This document shows, piece after piece, positions 11,773 through 25,980 of a stretch of DNA of 64,000 bases (position 1 is the stretch's first letter; each line of letters starts with the position of its first letter). A program made the translations under genes and the position numbers. The notes beneath the pieces are model-generated. The model did no database searches. It was not told the origin of the DNA and saw nothing but the letters and a program-made list of their open reading frames with translations. The DNA comes from Catajapyx aquilonaris (taxonomy: Eukaryota): contig KZ538835.1 in NCBI GenBank assembly GCA_000934665.2, positions 1 to 64,000 on the forward strand, written 5' to 3'.

Positions 11773-12505
11773 TGGTGTTAGAAATTCGTAGACGAATTAA
11801 TTAAGCCCAGTGATTCCTTTGTTGGGTATATGATTCAGACTGAAAGTCACAAGAGGTCATTTTTATCCCAGTGAAAATGTATGATACTAGGTCACAGCTT
11901 TTCGATTACTGTTGTACCTCTCTATCCTAGTGATGCAAATGAATGAGGCCTAGCCTGAGATTTATTAAGAGCAATATGCATTATTTTATCTTTCCAGTTA
12001 GAGTAGATGTAGCGTGTTATACCAATGTGGTAATGATGGATATAATTTTTTTTTTCTTATATCTGAATTTTCTTTAGTTATGATGACTGCCGTAGTGTGT
12101 GGTGTTAACATGTGCTTTCACTTGACTGCCTCTAAGCAATAGAATTCACGTTTTTCTGTGATATGCTAACCGTTCACAACCAGTTGAATACTTAACGTTG
12201 GGTTTGTCAACCTATATTTTTGTATTTGTTCTGTTTCCCATTGCTGAAAGTAATAGTGAAATCAGATAAAATATATCATGTATATCATTTTGAAGAATAC
12301 AAGCTGTAATATTGCAAGATGAATAAAACTCCTGCCTTGTTTATAAGAGACCTTTTTATACATGCTATGTACACGACATAAGAAGAAATTTTGGTTTTGT
12401 ACTTGGCATCTTACAATGCTATGGGTGCAGATTTTCATCTTTTGGCTGCAAAGCAAATAATTGAAAGAGCAAGAATTCATATAAAAAAAGCCCAATTTTA
12501 CAGGA

Positions 12506-15500
12506 TCAGTTGTTCCTTTGGCTCCTTCCAGAGTGAGCATTCTTCCTCAGGATGAGTTTGGCATTTTCGTCGATGAGCTGCATTACCTTTGACTTGATAG
12601 GGTAACTGTCTGGGATCTTGGGACTAACCACTGTCCTCTGAAGATAGTACCTGTCATAGAAAAGTTTAAGGCATCAGTATAAGCGCAGGTTTTTTTTCTT
12701 CACTTTTTGCAGCAGTCTAAAATGTGTTTGAACACAAGAAATTACTGAAGTTTTATTCTGACCTGAACTCCTCCTGAAAGTTGGTCCGGATGAATTCCAG
12801 GACAGCCCCAGAGCTCTGCATAAGTGTTCTGAGCACAAATAGGTGCTGGTAGACCAACACAGCCTGACTTGGAGTCAGGGATCTTGCCTTGGCTGGATAG
12901 AGGAAGCTCAGCAGCTGCATGGTGGTGCAGTGCAGGAACCGATCCCATTTGATTCCATTCATCATTTTCGATATGCTGGGACAAGCCTTCTCTTGCGTCA
13001 GCTTAATGACCATTAGCAGCACTTCGTATACAACTGACATGGAACTGTTGATGACCTCTGCCAGCAGTTTGATTGTCTCTGCTTCAGGCAAGTTCTCCCA
13101 TGCAGTACTGACAAACTCATGGTAGTCATCCAACATGTGCTGACAGGTGTTGCGAAAGGGCATGGGGATTTCTGGCATCACAAACAGAAGAGACAGAAGG
13201 TGCTGGACTAGGGTGCCTCGGTTGTACTTCATCATCTGTTGAAACCATTTAAAATGTAAAAAATACACGTATTAATGGAGTCATGTGCAAGTGGTGTGCT
13301 ATACTGTAAATAGGTATGTGAATGTTCTGTGAATGTCCCTACACTGGGTGACCCTATAGACATCCCCTGTGTAAAGTACACGTCTTACATAATGCTGGAC
13401 TGATTCGCTCACATTATGCATGCAATGATGTCATGGATGTAAGCTTGCAAGCTCAATAACCCACAAGCGAAAAGTCATGCAGCCAATAATAATTATTTAT
13501 TAGCCCATTACTCATCTCCCACAGCCTTTTGCGGTTTCTTCAGTATGCCTTTCTGGAGCTCAAAGCCCTCAGTATATGGTAGCATGAGTAAGTCGCTCTC
13601 TCAGATATATTTCCGCATTAAATCAATTCCTATTGATGAATAAAAATGACACTACCATACAGGGGGACCTGTGGACTACGAATGAAGTACTGTACATCCT
13701 GGACGACTTCTAATCTATTGCTGATCTCGCTTTTTTTCTTTTTCCTTGTAACCATCCATTATCTAGATACTTAGCATGTTTATTACGTGCAATATTACCT
13801 GACGTAAGATATCAGTTGCCCAGATCCAAGGAAGTATTAGGTGTTCTTGTGAGGGTCAGGCCAAGAATAGAGGCATGTTATTTGCGAACATACTCAATCA
13901 TCCGTATCCCATTAGAGGGCCGAGTCCGATTACAGAGTGGGCGGACAAGGTTGGTATTATTTTTATAGTCTGGGTGCGAACTATCAGACCTTTTCTTGGA
14001 CCGTAACGCGGGCAAAGTCCATTCTGACACGCGTGACGAAAAGTATGAAACATGCTGGAGATGGCCCACCTGCAGCTTTGGCATGAGTGCATCCGTGTCC
14101 GTCAACATGATACGCAGCGTGTCGAGAATCAGAACCATCATTTCCAGTTGGTCCTCCGTAGTCGTCAGTATCTTCTCTTGAGACACTCGCGACGTCGGGG
14201 CTGTGGTCGGCAACTGCTTTTGGAAAAGCCTCAACAAATAGTGGTACACAGTTTGATCCTGCAATGTAACCCAAGTCATGTATTGTACACGCCATTAAAA
14301 TCGGCATTACAGCTGAGTACCTTCCAGAATATGCCTTTGAGAGCGTAGTTCCTTTCCGTTCCCTGATAGAGCTCGACCAGCAGGTCAAAGGTCTGCTCCA
14401 TGTTGTTGTTCGGGTCGTGAAGGTCCTCCAAGAACTGCTCGTAGATGAGCTGCAGTTGATGAGGACTTGCATCTCCCAACGTGGGTGCTGGAGTGTTTCG
14501 TTCCAGTGACAGTGTGGAGCTCTGGGAACAAAGCGTGTCATAAGCTACATTTTTTTGACTGAAACACCGGTTCCATATACTCACAAGCAGGCAGCAGTTC
14601 CAGGTGTTGTGCAAATAAGTAAAAGTCGGTGAGTCGCGCAGAACAACGTAAATGTGAACCTCCTTGTACGGCTGTAAAGGCAACAGCGTTGACTGCATCA
14701 ACGCCTTCAGTCCTCCCTTGTACAACCTGCCAATCGAACATTTCTGTCAGACACTGTTTTTGCAAATGTCATAAGTCATACGTACTCGATTGGAGCCAGC
14801 TTGATCTCCTTTTTGACAGGCACGGCCATTGCGCTGTAGGGCCTCTGAGGGACCTTCTTCTTGGCCTGAGGCTTTTCCAGGACACTCAAAGACCGCGGTA
14901 TTCTCAGAATGAGCTCAGAGTCTTCCTCCAGCCGGTCCAGCAATGGCTTCACTTCCTCCTCCGTCTTGCTCTTAGACATTTGATGGTCCGTGTCCAGTGA
15001 CCTGGATGACCCGCTGCGTCCAAGCTTCCCCAGCATGGCTCCCAAGACAGATGATGACCTCGGAGGATGCCCCTTTCTGTCACTCTCAGGAGACTTGCCG
15101 GAAACCATGGGTTCTTCGGGATGGCTGATGGTGGACACAGTCTGCTTCTGCTGGGTGGTCCATCCCATAGCGGCCAAAGGAAGCAGGGCGGCCACGGCTG
15201 TCGAGTCCGCGACTTTGCTGCTGGCAGTCTCAGGCACGGTCTCTGGTACAGGCAGCGATACCAGCACATCAGGGGTCTCGTAGTGCACGCAAATGTGCTG
15301 AGAATTTTCTCGATCGTTGCCTCGGAGGAACTCTGGATACTCGTGAATCTGAAATGGCAGGGTTTCACTCTCAATGGCTGAATTATTGTTATTAAGAAAA
15401 ATGAGTTTCTCCTTGACATTTAGTGCAAGTCAATTGATGCTCGGGCGGTGCCAGGGCTTGTACAGTATATCCGAATTCTCAATAACTGGATCGATTCATA

Positions 15501-18500
15501 GCTGGCAGCCGCGTGCGGTTTATCACGGGACTACCTTTCGCGAACCGGTTCCATTTATACCCATACCGGTCGAGGAAATGCCAGTCGGCGCCCATGAACT
15601 ACGGTAAACCCCTAGTACCCCTATACGTCAGCTATAATCGGAAATGTGTCATAAGCTCGCTGCAGGTATTTACATCGGCCGTGACTAAATTAATCCCATA
15701 TTTATGGCGCCATTACAATCTGGGTGCCAGAATACGACAGGTGACGTGCCCCCTGCTCGCAAGGTCAGGCATTAATCAACCTGGCTGAAATTCACAATCA
15801 CGTCTCTGTTACAGGTGCACGGTGTAACAATCTACTACCTCATGAATGATTTATGAGTCTTAGATAGTAGGCACTGTGCAAAAACCATAACGTATTCACA
15901 TTGCGAGTTGAATAAGAGTTGCAGGAAAACTACATAAACGAAATCAATATCCTTACGCAATGCAAGTTCTATATGTAAAACGCGTTCTTTTTTCTGTTTG
16001 TTGTAATAATAGGAACAAGCTAATACTGCTTGCTACAAGTTATGTGATATCATATTAATTTGACAACACTTCGCCACACGTCACGAAAACTTCCCTTACA
16101 CACGCTATCAGCTGCTATTACTGGATCAGCAAAACCTATATGCGCGATATTCAAGTAAAGCGTAGCTTTTTCCTGAAGGGCGCATGTATATAGGCTTACT
16201 TGTTACTGAAATTTTAAGCATGCTGGGCACCGTCCTGACCTTTTCATGGGTTTCTATCCTTGATAGTCAGCGATAAGGACGGGAAATGATGGTCTTCAAT
16301 CTTCCGTCAGACCTAAATGAGCTGCCCTTGAATGCTGAATTATTGACCCCTTTTTTTGAATTTCTCATGAAGCCTATAAGGTGCCGGCTCTCACGCAATA
16401 CCCAGCGTCATGACGATGGGGTCAAGTTCGGCTAACCACAGTCTGCCTACAGGGTATAAAGAGGGGTTGAGCTGAAAATGCATTTCTCGTGTCCGGACAA
16501 AGTTCTGGCAGAGTGACTCGTGTGTTTCTTTAACTTATTATTTCCTTACTATTTGCAAGGCCCGGTTCTCACACGAATGCGACAGGTTATTCTCAACCCT
16601 GCCCACAATCTTCGGGGTTACATGTGAACCAGAATCGATAACATTAATTTCCTGGAAAAAGTTTGTGCTCGGCGGCAAAGGCGAACATTTCCACTTAGTC
16701 GTAACCTTCCACGTTTACGTCCATGACCTATTTGACACAATCAGCACTCCGTTGGAATTGTGAATTCAAATGACTTTTGTTTCGCCAAAATTGCTCGCAG
16801 CACGCCCACATGACAAACTATTTCCTGGCCCATACATCTGGAGTGTATGAGCAGTTTCAATTATTTTGAAATAATGTGAACTGCAACACAAACGCAACTT
16901 GTAGTATACAAACTTGGTAATGAGACAGGTCTGAACACATTGATCTACCATCCTGATTAATAAGTTACGGGTAATGAGCGACTCTGTCCTTCTGCACACC
17001 TCTTGGCCCGGACTGTTTTGGCCTCCAAAATTATTCAGACCAGACTTAATTATTCAGAATCCAAACGCCCTCCAATTACGAAGGACCTTCGCATGAGGTT
17101 TGCCGGATGTTTACTATTTATCTGATAGGCATATTGCTACCCTTGAATGCCTGGCCAGCACAGAGCCTCGCACGGCTCTGAAAACAATCGAAGCAGCTTT
17201 ATCGACCCACACATGAGGCGAAATACACGTAGGCCTACAGTAAATGAGTCAGCATATATTTCATAGCCTAAAGCCAGGTTTATGCAGAGGAGAAAGCTCC
17301 TGAACCATGTAGCATAGTGGAAACATATCCTCCAGAGTGGTCCTATACAGGCTGTATAATAATAGAGAGCAAAAATTGCGTGTTCAACAGGATGTGGATA
17401 TTACTTCTGACATTAGATTCGCCACAAATGACGTCCACCTTGATGAACCTTAGGATTACGGAAGCACTTTGTGTAATAAAACATTTTGTTTACGCGCCTT
17501 CATTGCAAAAGATACTGTTATGTCCAGCAGCCTACCTATACGTGTAGCCTTGATTAATTCTCTGAACAGCTGCATATTTTCAGCCCTATATTGCCTATTA
17601 AGTATCATATAAATATGAATACCTTGTAACAGCGAGTCACAATCGTGCCCAGTGCTCACTATGAGACAATCATGTCAATAATTTCTAAAAATTATTTTTA
17701 ACATTTTCTGCCACCTGGTTCGTAAGGCATCATTTGATGGCTGCGTAGTACATTCGAATAGAATATTCTGGTTCAACATTGGCCAAAGTAGTCCCTTATA
17801 AGCAACTGCTGGATAACTAGATGGCCGACGTACAGTATAATGTCAGATGGGCTAATGAGTCTAGAAATTCTCAAACTCATTAAGTCCCCATTACGTGGCG
17901 GTGTTAACATATACGCAAATTCACTTTGTGCTCAATTTCTTAATACACGTAGTTACTCGGTTGCGTGTACATAATCGGCAGTGACCGCATATGCCGTAAC
18001 AATATTAAAAGTTCCCCGAAGTGCACACTGAGGTCGCGGAAAGAATAATTTATATGTTGAATACACGTCGCACACGCTAAGTAAAGTCGGATCTGATCTA
18101 TATGTACACTCGTACGAAAACAATTGATGAATGTATACAGTGCTGCATAATTATTTTACAGTGTAATCATATTTTCAAAAGTAATCATCCTGGATACTAT
18201 GCAACCGCACCCTTGTGTCACGGGGTATATAACTTGTAGGCGCACAACACGAACGAATCAAATGGCATGAACTTACGTACAGTGAAATTATATGTGGTGG
18301 TTGTGTGTCATGCAGACTACAAGTTCGTACCAGGTACTGTACCACTGTGCCAAAGAGAATAGAAATTGCGTGTTGAAAAGGATGCGGGTATCATTTCCGA
18401 CGTTAGGTGCTCCACGAATGACGTTAATCTTGACGAATATGAGGATTACGGAAGCACTTTGCATAATAAAGAATTCCGTTTCCGAGTCTGCACTGCAGGA

Positions 18501-21463
18501 GATTATCAGGTTTATAATCATGCTTGCCTAATGCTGATTAGTTTTCTGAACAATTACGTATTTTCAAACTCGCGTCGCTAAAAGCTACCAACGAGCCGTA
18601 AATACGACAATACTGTTTCAATGAGTCGCACCAGCTATTCCCAGGACAATAATCTCTTAGAAGTTCGAATTTTGGTTTTATAAGTATAGCTTTTGATGCC
18701 TGATTGATTGCCTGTATATATTCTAGTTTAATATTTCAAAGTTCAATATTGCCAAGTCATAAAACTGCCTCTTAGTCATACAATTCATTATAGGCGTACC
18801 TTGCAAGTCCAGATTGGTTAATTCTTAAACCTAGTTGTTAAACTCATTAAAGTTCTTATTACATACGCTGGCCCTGTTATATGGTAATTTAGTTTGTGCC
18901 TCATTTCTTAATACTCACTCGGTTGCGTGTAAATAATCAGTGGCCTCCTAAGCCGTAAAAATGTTAAAAATTCCCCGAAGTGCAACAACTCGCCCTGAGG
19001 TCGCGGAAAGGGTACTTTATATGTAGTACGCACCGCACATGCTAAGTGAAGTTCTCATGATCTACCTTACGACCAGATCCGGTTACGTGTACGTACTTCA
19101 AGTTTATCACATGACTCGGACATACGCACATCCGCTGGCATGTAACTAGCAAGGACGACATACAGCAAAAGGACTTCTTAAAAAGTTCTTTAGCCCCGCT
19201 TTCCATTAACCCTCGTGAGTCATAACACATAAGGGCCCCTGTACATGCCGGTGCAATATACCGGTGTAGTGGGGTATAGTGGACGTATAAGTGACGAGTG
19301 GAATTGGCTTTCGGTGGGCGTTACAGACCAGGTAGATGTCTTCCGGCACGCAATCCAATCACGCCCAGTTTAAGGAAGGCGGTGGGTGGGAAGGTGGAGG
19401 AATAAGCTGGACATGAAAATGCTCGAAATGGACGGTATAATTTCGAGTTAGTGTCAGCGTCGCGGCCTGGCACAGCTGACCCGTGTCATTTTGTTCGACC
19501 CTACTCTGAGCTGCAGCTCGCGTTTTTGTTCAAAACGGCAAATTAATATAGGCATTTAATCACCGGGCTGGATGGAGATGATGAGAAGGTCGAGTGCACC
19601 TTCACAAAAGCATTTTCAGCTTGGGAAAATTTCTGCCACCCAAATTAATTGTGCTAATCCATATCGATTATTAGCAGTGGGCAGCTTTTTTTTTTGTCAA
19701 ATTAAAGCCTGCTCTGCCTAACCAAACATTACATAATGGAAGTGTGTCTCGGTCGATTAGACTTCTCTGTGACAAAATCCACAGCTGATGGTAGTTATAA
19801 AACAAGAGTGAGTATATACAATAGAGGAGAGTTGCCCTTGAGAGAAAGCGTGTAGGCAGCTTGTTTGTGTAGGCACAAAAGCGATCGGACACTGGGGTTG
19901 AAGGGCCAGAATTGATTTTAGTGCCTAGCAACTGTACATATAAGTGGTTATGCTACTATGGCAACAACTATACTGTACCCTTGTGACGCTCAAATTCTAC
20001 ACGCTGCTGCCCCATTGCTTCAAGCAGGCCATGAATTTTACATGTCAGGGTCGGCTCTTAAGACTGATGGAGGTTGGGAAGGGGAGCAAGAGGAAATGGA
20101 AGTGTATTTACTCTAAATCGCATGGGATAAAATTTGACGTACAAACTGGAATTCGGCTTGCAGCAAAAGCGCAGCTTGTTTTCCCATTAATTGCATCTGG
20201 GACGAGTTTCATAAAATGCAGTATAAATTATACGTGTCGGAAGAAAGCGCCGATAAATATGGGCATCATGCTCAGCTTGAAACCAAATTAATGAGGAAGA
20301 CACTAATGCATATAATTTGGTTTCCAACGTCGCTCGCGTGCGGAATTAAAATCATCACTGCCGATAAGACATACCACAAGAGATTGCAGAAGCGTGGCTG
20401 GGAAATGAACCTTCTGCTCCCAAATCGAAGTCGTTGTGGTCTTTATCTCTTTTTTTCATCCCCCTCCAGTCGTATTATAATGCAGTACAGTAGGTGACAC
20501 GAAGTACTAAGTGTGTTTCATTCCGGTGCCATGGTTCCGGCGTTCGTGACAAAAAGACAAATATGAACTACTGCTAACCCAAATGTCTTCACGAGACGTT
20601 AGGTCTCCTAATGAGGCGTAATGCTGCTTCTTTTGTTTTGGGTTTCAAACTGTCCAAAAAGTTACAAAGATAATCTGTTGACTCACCAGGTCGATCCTCT
20701 TAACGTCCCGAAACTTGATAGCCTCTTGTATTGTTCTTGGCGGGTTTTCCGTGAAGTATAGAGCCTGATCAGTCAGGATAAGGTATTTGACCCCCAGAGC
20801 ACCTGCCGCTGACCTCACAATGCATGACTCGTAATATCTGCAAAACAAACATTTCCGGTGTGTAACGCGTGCATAATGAATGTTTCATCATAGACGTCTA
20901 TAGAGGTCTAGTGTGAACCCCCTGGCGCCGGATGATCATTTTATGCAAAGGTGTCATATGCCATCAACAGCCTCGTTAATTTACATGTCGTGAATCTGCC
21001 TAACGACTGCCTTCTACATCTAGGCTAATTTAAATTTTAAATTTTAATTTAAAATGCAACATTTTAAATTGCAATTGGGACCAAAACTCTTATTGTAATG
21101 ACTGTGTCATTTAAGTTCATAATTTAGATTAACTTGCGCCTCTTTCTTTAACGCGTATAGGAAAAATGTCGTGGGAAATGAATAAAATATTGAAATTGCA
21201 TGATAACACTGCTTGGATTTGCAAATTTATATGCGTCGGGATTTTTTTTTCTCCCCTTTGTTAGCTCATTATATTGGTAAAAACGACAACGTTAAATAAA
21301 GCGATCATCAGGTGCACCGAGTTCGCAATGCCAGAACAGTAATGAAAGAAATATTTTCAACATACCTGATCCCTTCAAAAATCTTCCTGGGCAGGGCCCT
21401 CTTGAGAAAACTTTCTAACTTGCTGTTCTTCTTGGACCACTTTGCCTCCCTGTCCGAATCCAT
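12506..21463 (-). CDS. C12orf56 homolog (uncharacterised protein), 8 coding exons
   Basis: Exon 1 (21463-21366) MDSDREAKWSKKNSKLESFLKRALPRKIFEGIR; exon 2 (20837-20687) YYESCIV...KYLILTDQALYFTENPPRTIQ...DVKRIDL; exon 3 from 15348 IHEYPEFLRGNDRENSQHICVHY. Further exons lie at ~14726-14070 and ~13236-12762, and the last reads EEFRYYLQ...SYPIK...* (stop 12508-12506). These motifs match human C12orf56 as recalled (RRNSRLDVFLRR, YLTENPP, DYPEFL, EEFRYF, YPI). Confidence 0.85.
17330..19070. repeat. Diverged tandem duplication, two copies with ~1 kb period, in C12orf56 intron 2
   Basis: Shared colinear blocks AAATTGCGTGTT, AGGATTACGGAAGCACTTTG, ACTCGGTTGCGTGTA, TTCCCCGAAGTGCA and CTGAGGTCGCGGAAAG at ~17370-18045 and ~18360-19010. 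Confidence 0.85.
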
Positions 21464-22856
21464 GTCGGCGTGTCACAGGCTTTCATGTTGAGTCACCATC
21501 CTCCTCCTCAGCCGGCAGACCACCAGCACATGCGTCCATGTGCAAAATGCGTAGTGTGGATTTTTGGGAGAGCCCTTTTCAGCGCGTGTGCCTGTCCATG
21601 CTGTGCCCCAGCGAATGCCTCTCCCGCCCTTGCCTTGCCTTGCTTCGTGACTGCCTCACTTACTACTCCACTGCTCTCTTATCGATGTAGCCAGTCAAGG
21701 TGCTCCTATGCTCGCCATGCAGGCCTATACACAATATTAAGCGTGACCTCGACACAATGTGCCCTATAAATCTCGACACGAAATTGATTGTCTTCACGCA
21801 ACTTCCCTGTTTAGGAATTACGCACATGCAATAATAATTCGAAAGTATCGAGTTATTTGTTGCGAGGAGAATTTGCGCACTTGAAAGGGAGGCTTCACTG
21901 GCCCGTCGGATCGTTATGACTGTCCTTTTTATAAAGCTAAGATAATTAATTTTTGTGACATTAATAATTTCATACTTTCAACTCAGATGTTACACTGTTT
22001 TTATGAGTTGGCTTTGACTTTACACCAAATAGGTTTGTATATCTTTGTGATGCGAGCGTCTATAGGCAGGGAGTGACCAAAAGACGAAGAATAGTCGTGT
22101 CTGACTTGAGAGAGAAGTCGGGATAGGCTTACAATATGTCACAGTTGTGAAAATCAGTGCTTATGTATCAAAATGGTGTTTTTGTGCAGTCACAGATAAT
22201 TATGCGGGCTCTGCTGATTTTTGTTGAACATTTTTCTAACATTTAAATGGCCAAACGCAGTAAAGTAATAGGCCTACTGTAGAGCTTCTCGCTATTCCGA
22301 TTGTTAATTGCTATTTTGTGACGAAGGAATGACTATGGCCTATGGCACGTGACCAGCCAATAAAAAAATGTACCATTACATAACCAATATGATAACTTCT
22401 CTGGAAGGTTTCTTTACTGACGCACACAATGACATAATTTGTCGCGCGCTTCAGCATGTCTCCTTTATTTTAGTATCGACACGTGAGTTCAAGGACTTTT
22501 CATAGTCGACCTATTTTTTCAGCACGAGCATGTGGGAAGTGCACTGTTACATTACTCTATTTCACACAACATAAACAGATCAGGTACTATAAATATAATC
22601 AGTTAATAATAATACACAATAAAATTACCAAAACTGCCTGTCCGGAGTTATTATTTCACATTCTGGGCTTCTGAAGCCGCTAGATGACATGTAACAATAA
22701 ATAAACATTATATTCAACACATTTTATTACAAAGCCATGCATGTATACATATGTCCCATCGGGCTCTGCGCCTGGCTGTGCTGTGTCGAGTGGAGAAAGA
22801 GAGTGGCCAGTGTTTGAGTTGGAATAAACCTGTCATGCTAGGAGTATCTCTCTCTG

Positions 22857-23042
22857 CTCTGCTGTCCCATGAAGAAACACCGTAACTCAAAAAAGTAAAA
22901 AAAGGTAACTAAAAAAAAGGGTAAGGGTGAAAGTCGCATGCATGTCCCCCATGACTCAGGAAGGATTAATGCAGGGCATGCAAGCAACTTTCACCCTCAC
23001 TAGTTTTTGAGCTACGGTGTTTCTCTCCATGGGACAGCAGTG
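22857..23042. mobile_element. Foldback MITE, CACTA/EnSpm-like
   Basis: Left arm CTCTGCTGTCCCATGAAGAAACACCGTAACTCAAAAA pairs with right arm TTTTTGAGCTACGGTGTTTCTCTCCATGGGACAGCAGTG. There is also an inner inverted pair (AGGGTGAAAGT.../...ACTTTCACCCT). A 3-bp CTG duplication flanks both sides (22854-56, 23043-45). Confidence 0.75.
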
Positions 23043-24399
23043 CTGCTAGAGGACCAGTGCAGGGTTGGACCGGTCACACACTCCAAAATTGTGCTTTGGG
23101 AGTGCAAAGTTTACACTCTAGCTGGTCCTACTTTGTAACATGGCTAAACCCAATAATTAAAAATTAAGAACTCAGACGAAGTAAGTTGCACTCCAGATGA
23201 AGGTCTGGTGTGCAAACTTTGCCCCTGGGTTAAAAGTTTAAGATTCGATCCCTGCTGTAAGTGTTATTACCTTGCAATGAGGACACTAATAATGCAAGTA
23301 GGCTTTTTAACAGAAGACATTGATCCTGCAGTGTTATAACTACTATACTGTAGACTTCAATATTTGGTCAAAGAAACTTCCCCTTCAAGACAGGGGTTCC
23401 AAGTGAATCCAGCATTCAGACTAACCTGTTATAGCCAAACCTTTTTTTAAACCACCAATGGTGTCCCCTAAGGCTCTCAAGTGTCTCCACCCAGAGTAGA
23501 ACTTAAAATTATGGGTAACAGTATATGAATGGTTCCACTGTACCTGAAAATCTAAAGGGTTCAGAAAGAAAAACAAGTCCTCATGCGACCACATATAGTT
23601 TATTACAACAATATAATTATGCAGTCGATGTTTACACATGCCTGTCTTACTATCAGGAGCAGTCCATAATAAGGTGGCCCACACTAAAAAGCTAGGTCCA
23701 ATAAGATCATGTCATTTCACCCCTGTGCTTTAAGTAGGGATGGCTTATACATGGACTGCCACTTTAGTCTTTATGCTAATCTTTGGTGATTTCACATTAT
23801 TCTGAGTGATTGATGCCCATCAGTTTTCCAAGAAAGCAATATCAACTACAGTAGCACAGCCAAAAAAAATAAATGCAGAAAACTAAATAATATACAACAG
23901 TGTATACATGGCTGGTTCCCAAAAGCTCTAAAAACCAGAAATGCTTTTCAATGAAGAAACAACAGAGGCCACACATTACTTATGCATTGCCTACTGGCAC
24001 TGACGTCTATAAATTATAACATCTGTCGCATCTTGTGTTCAACATTTGGGGTTCGGTGCATTCACTTATGGTAAACTAGAGGCAAGGTACCATTGTCTGC
24101 CTTTCTCTACTGCACATGTGACATGCTAACATCATTGCAGTTATGCTTCAGACATGAAGCCAGAAAAATATACTGTATGGTTAATGAAAACATCTGCATG
24201 AGTATCAGTTACACCATCTCTGGAACTTCCAAGCCCCAACAAATTTCTTTGGAGAATTGAGATTTTGTCAATTTTGATTACGTTGAAGTGACCATATAGT
24301 TCCGTCCTCACTAATTAAGTCACAAACTATCCACATTACCAGGACAAATTCAATACTTCACTATGTTCATTAAGGACCAGTTGTATGAATTCAACCTAA

Positions 24400-24443
24400 A
24401 GGCCCCTTCACACAGGCCGTCGACGGCCTGTGTGAATGGGCCT
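24400..24443. repeat. 44-bp near-perfect palindrome, probable PIF/Harbinger TIR-only remnant
   Basis: AGGCCCCTTCACACAGGCCGTCGACGGCCTGTGTGAATGGGCCT has one mismatch between arms. GGCCCCTTCACAC resembles Harbinger termini. Confidence 0.8.
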
Positions 24444-25980
24444 CAAGGGAAAAGCTCTGCTTAATATGTATAATGTCCACAATACATAATTTTTCTCTTA
24501 ATTTGCATTGATGCAATTGGTCCTAACAACAATACCCAATTTCACTGCTCTATCCTATGATAAATGTATCACATTTGAAATTAATCTTAGTAAATGTAGC
24601 CGTGTAGACCTTAATTCTCAATAGCTATTTTATGTAGAACCAACAAACAAAAATTAAAGATTTTTGTGCAAAAAGGAACCATTGTCTATTTATGTACACA
24701 TTCTTTTCATACATACTGTTACAATCTCGTAAGTTCATATGCTAATTTTTCGTGGCATTAAATTAATACCTATGGTAAATTTATGCATTGCTGCTAACAA
24801 GTGGAATACAAGTAAATCCAAGTTTCTTATAAATATCTGAATAACAATTTCGACAGTGCAATAAATAACCTCCCATCATTTTACAGCAATAAGTATAAAT
24901 CATTCCCTCTCTACACATCTGAGTGCCTGTCATTTATCTTGTACAATGTGGAATGCGGAATTTCCCTAGTCAATTACAACCCAGTCATTAAAATTACTTC
25001 CCAAGTACTGTACAGACATGCTTACTGGATTTCATTCTATACATATGGCCATGCAATATAATCTGTCCAACGCTCTTTCATTACCAGATGGTGTTATTGT
25101 CAGATAGCCACCTACTTAATGAGCTACTACAGAATCACAAATTACAATATTCACAACAAATCCTACCTTTGTGACAGGTAAACACATTTGCAGTAAAAGT
25201 ATACATACACAACAGACCACTGGCATGAGTTTTGAAGCAGTTTCGCTTGAGTCACACGATGGCTTGAGTATCATTTTGAGAAACACCATTTATCAATTGA
25301 ATGTAAATAATTTGAGATACATAATTCTGGAATAGTAAATAGTGTAATTTAAATGGAATGATTGGGTAAATCTCACTTTAGAAAATGGTTGCTGATATAC
25401 TCGTAGTTTCTATACTTAATAAATAAACTTGGCCCACTACAACCTCGGTCAACATATGACAGGAATTCCCTTATGAGATGACTAGCCTGTTCAGGCAATT
25501 TTTCTCCTTGTCAGATAAACAAAGACATAACGCTGCAAAAGAAACCTTTGGCAACAGGAACTTTCAGACATAATTATAACTAGGTCTATACTGGTCAACA
25601 TTCAGCAAAAACAACACAATTTCACGGTGGGGAACAGGTTATTTTCCAAAACCATTATGAGGTAAGTTAATATCAACAATTCACAATGCCAGAATACCCT
25701 CTGTGACCACTAAGTCTTCCCATACCAAAAACAATAAGATGAAACCCTATCCCAAGTGCAGCTTAAGAACAACTATGATTGCAACATATTATAAGTCCAC
25801 AATTGAAATCAACAGGACAATTAAAGTAACAATAACCTAGTATTGCCTATTTTCCCCATTTTTGGGTAGGGGGCTTGCAAATGGTTTTATAATATTTTCC
25901 TCTCTTTGTAAGCAAAATGCCCATCCATTTTACACCTTTTAGGAACATAAAGGAAACTCAAAAGCCAAACCCTGACCTGT

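Noticed and set aside
16766..16999. THAP-like RLCCSSHYF motif
   Set aside because: The other THAP residues (N-terminal CxxxxC, FP, W, AVP) are absent. Likely chance.
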